This document shows, one piece after another, positions 54,167 through 64,000 of a DNA stretch of 64,000 bases. The position numbers and the translations under genes were made by a program. Source of the stretch: Eledone cirrhosa (taxonomy: Eukaryota); the NCBI GenBank assembly GCA_964016885.1, contig OZ024741.1, positions 266,786,001 through 266,850,000 on the forward strand, written 5' to 3'. Below the pieces are notes generated by a model. It did not search any database and was not told where the DNA came from. It worked only from the letters and a program-made list of their open reading frames with translations. The stretch's first letter is position 1. Each line of letters starts with the position of its first letter.

Positions 54167-55310
54167 TAAAAAAACATGAGAAGAAAGAGAGAGGAATACT
54201 GCGTGGTTGCACATGGGTTACATATTATAAAATTAGTCCCTCGTCAGTGATTTGCCAACCATCATTGGTATTTCATCGCATTAAAAATCATATACCCCAG
54301 GTTGGTGCGAGCAATAACTAAAAAAAGCTATTGGGACAAGTGAGTCGCGTAAAGCGAGGGGGACAAGTAAACAACATAGAAGGATAAAAGCAAACCGAAG
54401 ATAGGAAAAAAAACAAGCAACATGGTTGTCCGGTCAGCATAAGGTGGGTGGATTTCATGAGCATTCAGAATACAGACCGTACGCCGTGAGTGAGATGTGA
54501 GAAAGAAAGAAAAAACCCCACTACCAACGAAACGGGAGGAAGTGAGAAGGGGAGAAACAGAGAGTGAGTGAGTGGAAGTGCGAGGAAGAGGTCAGTCGAG
54601 AGAAAGTGTAACTGACAGAGGGGGCGAAAGAAGGTGAGAGAAACAGAGAGAACGGGGGAGCAGTAAGAGAGAAAAAGAGAAACAGACAAACGCAGCCGAG
54701 GTAAATATGAGTAAAAAACATGAGAAGAAAGAGAGAGGATACTGTGTGGTTGCACATGGGTTACATATTATAAAAGTAGTCCCTCGTCAGTGATTTGCCA
54801 ACCATCATTGGTATTTCGTCGCATTAAAAATCATATACCTCAGGTTGGTGCAAGCAATAACTAAAAAAAGCTATTGGGACAAGTGAGTCGCGTAAAGCTT
54901 CTTTCGCACCCTTGGTCAGGCAGGTTCGCTTTTTTTTCTCTCTCTCGTCTACGATTTCACAGAACTTATGTTCACCGAATTCACAGACTAGATTCCTTCT
55001 TCCTCCCGTTAGACCTGTACGGAATTCCTTCCATGCTCACATTCCAACCAGGTTTGATGGTCTTTATTCTCTCTCGTTCACGATTTCACCGAACTTATAT
55101 TCATGGAAATTTAGGACTTGACTCCTTCTTCCTCACTTTTCGTTGCTTCACCATCTTTGTTTGTTTACACTCTCGTGTCCCCTTTATTTACGTGTCCCAA
55201 CGACTTTTTTTAGCCGTTGCTCGCACCAACCGGAGGTATATGGTCTTTAAAGCGATGAAATACCAATGATGGTTGGAAGATCACTGATGAAGGACTAACT
55301 TTATTGATAT
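54163..55310. repeat. ~190-bp direct repeats (54163-54356, 54708-54898) plus a diverged inverted copy (~55160-55305)
   Basis: GTCCCTCGTCAGTGATTTGCCAACCATCATTGGTATTTC is repeated; the reverse-complement-like copy lies downstream. Confidence 0.8.
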
Positions 55311-55452
55311 ATAATATATCTGTAACTTGAGCAGTTTCTTCGGGGAAACCTTACCACAAAAACTATATGACTTACCGCCTAATCCCGCTGAAACCATCAC
55401 TACAAAGCCACATTATCGGTCCTACCACAAACAAGTCGAAACTAATACACAC

Positions 55453-55499
<47 letters not shown>

Positions 55500-55773
55500 A
55501 TATTGTTATACTTGGGGAGGGTCATATTTGTGTAATATTGCCAGTATTAATAACAGAACACAGTCACTGTTTGGTTGGTTTTCGCTTTTCGCTTGTGTCT
55601 TTTATATCGGTAATCTAATTTATTCTGTCCTCAGTGTTGCCATTAACTGGCCAACGGTCAAAAATAATACAGATACAATATAGACACAAACACATATATA
55701 TAGTTTATCAAAGTTCTTTCGTTGCACATCTGCAACATCGTCAATGGTGCTATTGTTTCCTCCCGTTGCATTG

Positions 55774-55834
<61 letters not shown>

Positions 55835-55852
55835 GAAATGACAGGAGGCTGG

Positions 55853-55909
55853 ATACCTGATGATATCACCGGTTTCTACGGAACCCGGTCATTGAAATGA
55901 TCATAGTAT
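55853..55909 (+). ncRNA. Hammerhead motif, family C, in mini-element 55831-56103
   Basis: CTGATGA at 55857, GAAA at 55894, then TGATCA-TA-GTAT. Enclosed by IR TAATGAAATGACAGGAGGCTGGAT. Confidence 0.7.
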
Positions 55910-56099
55910 AATAAACCTATCAAGGATTTACACAAATCCAGCCTCCTGTCATTTCATTATAATATTTAACTCCGTAATAGCACCACCAACTACAAAAACA
56001 AAGACGGTTGAACTGCCTTACGTTGAGTACTCTCTATATTATTGCATTACGATTGACCATACGGAATAGACCAGCTCTATACAGTGGTATATTCAAACC

Positions 56100-56169
<70 letters not shown>

Positions 56170-56514
56170 TGTGTATGTAAGTAGCAATACAAGTATACAC
56201 ATATACATCCCCTTACATGTGTAGCATTGTAAACGTAACAATAAAAAAACGCTAATCCCTTCACATTCTTTATCAAATTTTTCCCTTTCTTTTTGAAATC
56301 ACAAAAAATGCCCCCTTCCTCTCTCTCTCTCTCTCCCTCTCTCTCTCCCAGGATGTGTATCTCTATTTTAATCTGCCCCTTCTCTTAGATTTTCTCCCTC
56401 ATATTGTATCATCTCTCCCTCTTATTCCCTTTCTCATTTTTACACCAGCTTTCCCTTTTTCTCTCACCCACTCTCTTCCACCCTCTCATTCTCTCAGTCC
56501 TTCTCTACAAAATG

Positions 56515-56591
<77 letters not shown>

Positions 56592-56882
56592 TAAAACAAA
56601 ATGGCCTTATTGTTTTTATATGTATACGGGGAATTTTAATTGAATTTAATGTTTTATACATCAAAATAAATACTACCATTACTTGTTCGGTGGGATAAGG
56701 AACAATAATATATTTTTTGTGATGTTTGTTTTCTAATTTATGATTACAAACCGTATACACACAGGCAACTTTCGTTTATATCTGTAGATATGTGTACAAC
56801 ACACTCACACACATACACGCGCGCGCGCACGCACACACACATCTATATTGATGAGTATATGTATCTTTTTGTATAGATGTTT

Positions 56883-56929
<47 letters not shown>

Positions 56930-56930
<1 letters not shown>

Positions 56931-57442
56931 GAAGCAGAGGCGGTGTTTCTGTGCGCAATAGCCATGGCGAAAGAGGTTGTATGGTGGACGCGTCTGAAAG
57001 GACTGAGGTCAGGCACCTTTCTCTCTGGCCAACAACTGGTCCGTTTCTTCCGATATCATTTCGGAAGAAGGATCAGGATGGAGAGAGAGGTGCTGCACCC
57101 CAGTCGTTTTTATGAAAGATGGGTGAAAGTGGCGAGAATGGCCCGTGTGAATGGGCCTTCACTCTACATCAGACTATAGGTGAGGAAGATGAAAGACCAA
57201 GGGAGCACCCCTTCTCTGTGCTCCTGAGGAGAAGGGTTGCACACCTTTTTCGGGGGTGTGTGCGACCCCCCAAGGCGCCTCCTCTCTATTGAGGATTTTG
57301 TTAAAAATTTTATTTTTTGTTATATCTTATTTTATTTTTATATTTTGTTATTGCCTCCTCCTTATTGAGGACGCCTTTTTGTGTAAACTCCCCCCTTTGT
57401 ACTTGTCCCACTTTTGATGCCCTAGTGGCAAATAAAAGAAAC
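56930..57442 (+). mobile_element. Tx1/L1-like LINE 3' end, subfamily 2, in (CTAT)n
   Basis: AVFLCAIAMAKEVVWWTRLKG...RWVKVARM; ends AATAAAAGAAAC followed by (TATC)n. Confidence 0.78.
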
Positions 57443-57459
57443 TTATCTATCTATCTATC

Positions 57460-57510
<51 letters not shown>

Positions 57511-57513
<3 letters not shown>

Positions 57514-58136
57514 CGCGCACGCATTCATACACTGCCCGGGCGTCACTGACCTGTGGGGCTATGTGGAACGACTATTGTCGCGGGTGGGACCAATCCAGTT
57601 GACCACCGAGTCCATTGTCATGATCAAACCGCCACCCTCCTTCAAAAACGAAGGAGAGGCGGTTTTCCTTTGTGTGATAGCTATGGCGAAAGAGGTTGTA
57701 TGGTGGACAAGGTTGAAAGGGCTGAGGTCAGACACCTTTCTCTCCGGCCAACAACTGATTCTTTTTTTCAAATACCACTTTGGAAGAAGAATCAGGATGG
57801 AGAGAGAGGTGCTGTACCCCAGCAAGTTTTATGAAAGGTGGGTGAAAGTGGCGAGAATGGCCCGAGTGAATGGGCCTTCTCTCTATATCAGCCTGTAGGT
57901 TGAGGAAAAGGAGGAGGAGAGGAAAGGAGTACAAGCTCTTCGTACTCCTGGAGATGAGGGTTGCACATTTTTTTCGGGGGTCTGTGTTACCCATATAAAC
58001 TGTCTCCCTCTATTGGGGAAAATCGACTAACTTTTAAATTCCATCTGTGATAACATTTTACACGTTTTTATTGTATGTAAACTTCCCCCTTTGTATTTGT
58101 CCCCTTCTTTTGTGCCCCTGTGGCTAATAAAGAAAT
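57511..58136 (+). mobile_element. Tx1/L1-like LINE 3' end, subfamily 1, in (CTAT)n
   Basis: HAFIHCP....LWGYVERLL (zf-RVT-like end), then AKEVVWWTR; ends AATAAAGAAA followed by (TATC)n. Confidence 0.8.
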
Positions 58137-58137
58137 A

Positions 58138-58208
<71 letters not shown>

Positions 58209-58230
58209 ATATATATATATATAGAGAGAG

Positions 58231-58284
<54 letters not shown>

Positions 58285-58289
58285 ATAAA

Positions 58290-58333
<44 letters not shown>

Positions 58334-58339
<6 letters not shown>

Positions 58340-59263
58340 GCGCTTTCTAAAGCCGGTTATTCTGATAAAATCAAATAGAGTAAAGAAACCAAAATAATTA
58401 ATTATGATCATTCCAATAAATTAAATAAAAGACCTAGATACACAAATATAATCTGGTATAATGCTCCTTTCTCTATTTCTATTAATAATAATATTCCTAA
58501 ACTATTCTTTAGGGTCTTAGATAAATGCTTCCCTCCCTCACATATCTACAGTAAAATATTTAACAAACATACAATAAAATGTTCCTATTCCACCTCTTCC
58601 AACATCTCTAACATTATCTCTAAACACAACAATAATATATTAAATATTAAATCACATCCTTCCAACACTGAGCGTCATAATAATAACAGTAGTACTCCCG
58701 ACGTCATTGTTAACTCTAGGCTAGATTCTGTAAACTCAAATACGACGTCAAACGTAACTTCGTTGAATGTTCATAATACCAATCTAAATCAGGAAACTAT
58801 TATTCCTATAGTAAATAACTTCTCCAATCCAATTCCTCCTATAAATAACACTAGGTCACTTGGTAATAACTCTGTTAATTTCTCTAATCGTTATTGTAAT
58901 TGCCCTGTTAGAACTAAATGTCCTCTCAATAACCATTGTCTTGATAAAAAGTTAGTCTATGAATGTAAGGTTATAACTGATACCAATTCCTTTACCTATT
59001 TCGGTTCCACTTCCACCTCCTTCAAAGCTAGATTTTATAATAGCAATTCGTCTTTTAAATACCAACTTAAAAGAACTAACACAGCACTCTCAGAACTCAT
59101 ATGGTCCTTGAAAGACAAAAATATTAACTATAATATCTCTTGGAGAAAAGTTTGTTCTGCCTCTCCCTACTTGAATGCCTCCCTATCCAGAACATGTAAT
59201 GTTTGCCTAGCTGAGAAATTTACCATTGTATCTAATTTCAATTCTATAATAAATAATATCTAA
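58334..59263 (+). pseudogene. PLE RT-endonuclease linker and GIY-YIG remnant
   Basis: One frame reads [92 protein letters not shown]. It extends ~430 bp upstream of the listed ORF. Confidence 0.9.
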
Positions 59264-60417
59264 TACCTTACTAGTTTAAAATCCTTAAGGCTTATATATC
59301 TTTTAAAAATATACCCATCTTTCTACCTTATTTCAATATTATTTATTATATATTATATAATACAAGTTACTCATTCTATATCATTCCTCTTTATCACTTT
59401 CCTTTCTTCCTCTTTTTTTTAAATTTCTAATCTCTAATCTGTACTTTTTCTTCCTAACTACTTCTCAATTCTTATTATTACTCACCACAACATTATCAAT
59501 TCTTCCATCTTTCCTCATATCATTGGCCATAAAAATTATTATTATTTTTTAATACATTATAGCATTACCTTTAATAGTCCTTCGTAAACATAAACATTTT
59601 TTTTTTTTTTTACGTTAGATTTTTCTTCCTTAAATTCCTTTATCTCATCCTTTCATGCTCGTTTGACTTTTACATATTACAATACATAAAAATAAACTTA
59701 AACCCTAACTAATTTCTTTTAATATATTATATTATTACCATTAGAAAATATTTCGTAAACATATATATTTTTTTATGTTAGATATTTTCTTCCTTAAACA
59801 TTCTTTTCTCTTTGCCTTCTGCGCTCATTTTTAAACGAACTATTTACGTACACATATTACGCACACATATTACATTACATAAAAACAAATTTAAACCCTA
59901 ACTAATTCCTCTAAATTCATAACTCATTTATTCTTCTCCTTCTTTTCACATTATATCCTTAATAACATTAATATTTTTATTTTAATAATACATATTAATA
60001 ATTTCTTTTCCTCGCACATATTATTAAACCCTTCAATATACAAACCTTAATTTAATATTATTCTTAATTCCTTTTTCTCTTCGTGCATAAACCTCATTAG
60101 CTTTTAATTTCAAATTCTTTTAAATTATCTATTATCTTCCAACGGCTTTTTAACTTCTCTCTGTGAGACAATATTTTTTTTTTCTCAGTTGTAAAGGCTA
60201 TCTCTCTCTCTCTATCACCCATCTCTCCTCCTCTCTCATCCTTCCTTCTTATACTCCTCCCCCACCATTCTTTACTCTCATCTCCTCCTCTTCCTTACCT
60301 TTTCCAACCCCCCTCACTTTTTCCCAATCTCATACATCAATCTTAAATTATTTTTCATATGTTGATTTAAAACTTCACTATTCACAAGTGTTTTTTAAGC
60401 TTCATATCATGTATCCC

Positions 60418-60485
60418 TATTTTATCTGATGAGAGCGCAGATATCATCCCATGATATTTGTTTTTGAAATGTGCATAATAAAATA
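60418..60485 (+). ncRNA. Hammerhead ribozyme, family B
   Basis: TATTTTAT-CTGATGA-GAGCGCAGATATCAT-CCC-ATGATATTTGTTTTT-GAAA-TGTGCA-TA-ATAAAATA. Confidence 0.8.
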
Positions 60486-60595
60486 CTTGGAACTCTTTTA
60501 ACCATCTTTTGATCTTTTATTATTTATACTCCAGTCCTACAAACTGTAGACTGCTACTTATCCGATATTTGCATTGCTACAATAAAACTCACCTC

Positions 60596-60680
<85 letters not shown>

Positions 60681-60940
60681 ATATATATTTGTGAAATAAA
60701 TGTGCACGGTTAAATGGTAGAAGACGTGGTCGGACGGTCATGAAAATTTACACACCTATGTAAAAAGTGCCAAGGAAGCAAATAGACGAGGTTGCAAATC
60801 TCTAACTTGAAAAAATGTGGTCCCTAGGGCCCCCAAACGGTCTATTTACTATCGCGTTCGGTAAGTTATTTCCCCCTGATCTAATACTTGGATGAGTTAT
60901 TTACAATTTCATGTTCTTTCGCTGTTAACATACAGTACCA

Positions 60941-61509
60941 ATAATTTGAAAAATATTATTGAAAGTGTATTATAAAGAAGCAGTTTCAGGAAAAAAAATA
61001 GAAATATGGACTTGGGGCTGGACGGCGTACAATGAGAAGTGGAGCGACGTGAAAAGCGTTGTTTATTAACAGCGAAATAGCAATGTCGATGATATGCAAG
61101 TTTGAAAATGCAGATTAATAAATTGTTGCCTTCTACAGGATGTTTCATTTTCACAGTACCGTTTTATGAAATCGATTCTGTAGTACGGTCACTGTTTTCC
61201 ATCAAAAGAAATAAAACCCTTAAATTGCGAAGAAGAGACGCGTGTTTTTATTTTAATTCTAATACATGTTAACCACCACTAACAGTAAGTAGTATTTTTC
61301 AAATTGCATATCATCGACATTGCTATTTCGCTGTTAATAAACAACGCTTTTCACGTCGCTCCACTTCTCATTGTACGCCGTCCAGCCCCAAGTGCATATT
61401 TCTATTTTTTTCCCTGAAACTGCTTCTTTATAATAAACTTTCAATAATATTTTTCAAATTATTAACTTAATAAAAAGTGGCCCCGGGTGCAACCGGGCTC
61501 AGCTGCTAG
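60941..61509 (+). mobile_element. ~168-bp inverted repeat (60941-61108 / 61294-61462) followed by a Helitron-like 3' end
   Basis: CCCGG-GTGCAA-CCGGG hairpin at 61482-61497, then CTAG at 61506-61509. Confidence 0.65.
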
Positions 61510-61578
61510 TATATATATATATCAATAATAGTAAATGGGAACAAAGAACCAGTATTGCATGATATACATATTTGATTA

Positions 61579-61668
61579 CATATTACATATGTTTCACTGC
61601 CGATCAGCTCGAGGAACGATCGAATAATGCTCGATCCTGACTCTGGAATCGGAAGCTCCTCAGGTATG
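61579..61668 (-). ncRNA. Hammerhead motif, family H, with a 61-nt stem II region
   Basis: CATAC-CTGAGGA-GCTTCCGAT...ATCGGCAGT-GAAA-CATATG-TA-ATATG. Confidence 0.65.
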
Positions 61669-62012
61669 TGTCCTCACACGTCCAAATATTGTTGAATTGT
61701 CGACACCCGATTCGTTATTTTTGGCTGCCACAGACTTGGTTAGAAGAAATGTGATATTGTCGCTTTAATCATGTTAAATTGTGTTTGGTCAAATCCCAGT
61801 CGGGAGGCCACCTAGAATTCAGTAACAACGTTTACTGTCACCGGTTGGTCAAGATGGTAAACTATGCTGGTCTGGTACAGATGCTGTTTACGCGTGACGG
61901 CCTGTCTATAGGAAGTCTGTGGTTTTAGGCTACGAAATAAAGAAACAAATGTAAAAATCATTGGATGAGGTATTTGATAGATAGAAGGACAAATATATGG
62001 AATAAACCACTA

Positions 62013-62079
<67 letters not shown>

Positions 62080-62181
62080 GAATAATCGAGTATCGAAAAA
62101 TCGGCGCACGAGTTCACGATAAACAAAATTCGAGATGAGCGGCAGAGGGCTCCATAATTCAAATAAATCAGAGCTATAACT

Positions 62182-62254
<73 letters not shown>

Positions 62255-62514
62255 ATAATAATAAAATTGAAGACTAAAATCCAGAGAGGGCTCGATAAGG
62301 AAAATATATATCAAATATATAAGAACCGAAGAGCAAATATTTATTAAAATAACAGATTAAAGTTTAAGCAAAGAATCGCTGCTTTCACCCTTAACGGGAT
62401 CTTCTGAAACTAACAAAGTCAATCTGTAAACGCAGAACTGGATTAAAAGGGTAGAACACTGGAAGGTAATATCCGTAGTGGTAGAGCATTCAGTCCATGG
62501 GACGAGTTTGGTAG

Positions 62515-62626
62515 AAGTAGTAGCACAACAGTTAGTTCACCATACCGAGAACAATTGTTTCACCTCGGACTGCCGAGCTGAAACAATTGCTCTCGGTATG
62601 GTGAACTAACTGTTGTGTTACTACTT
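62515..62626. repeat. Hairpin of family G 3' ends (only the GAAA/stem III half retained in each arm)
   Basis: AAGTAGTAGCACAACAG...TTTCACCTCGG / CCGAGCTGAAACAATTG...TACTACTT. Confidence 0.75.
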
Positions 62627-62668
62627 ATATATAATCTAAGATCAAAAGATGGTTAAAAGAGTTCCAAG

Positions 62669-62739
62669 TATTTTATTATACGCATTTCAAAAACAAATAT
62701 CATCATGGGATGATATCTGCGTTCTCATCAGATAAAATA
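62669..62739 (-). ncRNA. Hammerhead ribozyme, family B, in insert ~62636-62866
   Basis: TTTC at 62685, TCATCAG at 62725, perfect 8-bp stem I. Confidence 0.78.
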
Positions 62740-62884
62740 GGGAGACATGATATGAAGCTTAAAAAACACTTGTGAATAGTGAAGTTTTAAATCAACATAC
62801 TGTAGAGTGCTACTTATCCGATATTTGCATTGCTTTATTGTGCTACAATAAAACTCACCTCCTACATATATATATATATATAAA

Positions 62885-63050
62885 AGGAACGATCGACTTT
62901 CATCAAATCGGACCGAGGGAACAATGTTTCCGTTGGTCTTTCCAATTGCTAATACTATCTATCGGTCGCAACTCCAGGTAGAAGGAGCAACGTGAAATAA
63001 AGTGTCTTGCTCAAGGACATAACGCATCGCCTGGTCCAGGAATCGAACTC

Positions 63051-63053
<3 letters not shown>
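62885..63053 (-). mobile_element. tRNA-derived SINE fragment
   Basis: GAGTTCGATTCCTGGACC and CCTTGAGCAAGACACTTTATTTCAC on the minus strand. Confidence 0.7.
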
Positions 63054-63097
<44 letters not shown>

Positions 63098-63261
63098 ATC
63101 ATGCCTTTATTTTTAAATGTTCTCATTCCTTGTATTTTGATCATGCTTTATTTTTATTTATTATTTATTATATTTTTGTCTTTATTTGTTAATTTTTCAT
63201 TCGCACCGTTTCCTTTCGCTATATGTCTCTCCACCACTCCCCTACACACCTTTTGAACTCT

Positions 63262-63295
63262 TACCTGAAGAAGGGCTTATGCCCGAAACGTCGTC
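63262..63295 (+). ncRNA. Very short hammerhead motif (family F-like)
   Basis: CTGAAGA-A-GGGC-TTAT-GCCC-GAAACGTC; stem I is weak. Confidence 0.55.
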
Positions 63296-63379
63296 CTCCA
63301 CCTACCCCCCACTCTCCTGAGCGTGAATCTAATAAACATTTGTCGTACTGCCTCTCTGTTCTGTCCCTGTTCAATTTTT

Positions 63380-63412
<33 letters not shown>

Positions 63413-63824
63413 AAAATTTGTTTTGCAAGATTTTTTATTTGATAACGTGTGTTGAAACAGATATTGTTATAGCTTAGGAGGATCATGCTGCCAATAAAAT
63501 CACACGCACCTATTGGTTTCCACTTCAATTTATTATAAATTCCCGGATGGTTGGTTCAATAATAGGATGGTTGTTTATATATATTGTCAAAGCTCTTTCA
63601 TCACACATTCAGTGACTGATTTTTATTTTGTGTCGCTCCGTTGTTCTGTCCTACATCATCTTAATTAAAAGAAACACATGAAGAGACAAGACATCAATCA
63701 CTGAGGAGGTCACAGAATGTGTGACGAAAGAGTGCCGACAATGAAAATCAACAGGTACGTGTGATTTTATTGGCACCATGACCCTCTCAAAGTATAACAA
63801 TATATATATATGTATGTATGTATG

Positions 63825-63857
<33 letters not shown>

Positions 63858-63962
63858 ATGCAAAAGGCAAACAGAAATAACAAAGCAAACGACACAGTAC
63901 AATGAAGAAATATATTATTAGTTTTACGCTTGATTTTACATACATACGTACACGTACACGCG

Positions 63963-64000
<38 letters not shown>

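Larger units (their letters stand above)
58334..60600 (+). mobile_element. 5'-truncated Penelope-like retroelement (family B): linker + GIY-YIG, AT-rich 3' region, pLTR with hammerhead
   Basis: Coding remnant begins at (TA)n and the element ends at (CA)n; hammerhead at 60418-60485. Confidence 0.85.

Noticed and set aside
59699-59905. TAAACCCTAAC telomere-like motifs
   Set aside because: Single units within a local ~190-bp duplication in the PLE 3' region, not an array.

Overview
This is repeat-saturated eukaryotic DNA; I infer a cephalopod (octopus-like) source from the tRNA-derived SINE families and the microsatellite profile. I cannot support any intact host gene: almost all long ORFs are translations of satellites. 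The window holds a pentamer (CACAC/TACAC) satellite with a higher-order duplication, three Penelope-like (PLE) GIY-YIG endonuclease remnants, a decayed R4/Dong-like RT-REL LINE, four 3' ends of a Tx1-like LINE lying mostly in (TATC)n, RTE and CR1-like fragments, Helitron, hAT, Tc1/mariner and piggyBac-type non-autonomous elements, and many SINEs. The strongest signal is about 19 minimal type-I hammerhead ribozyme motifs with intact cores, plus about 10 degenerate ones, from at least 8 sequence families. They sit mostly in fold-back inserts within (TA)n tracts. Wherever both arms keep motif sequence, the two ribozymes point outward. One arm usually carries an extra tail, and stem III is typically a family-specific palindrome. 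All motifs, coordinates and counts were read by eye and need computational confirmation.
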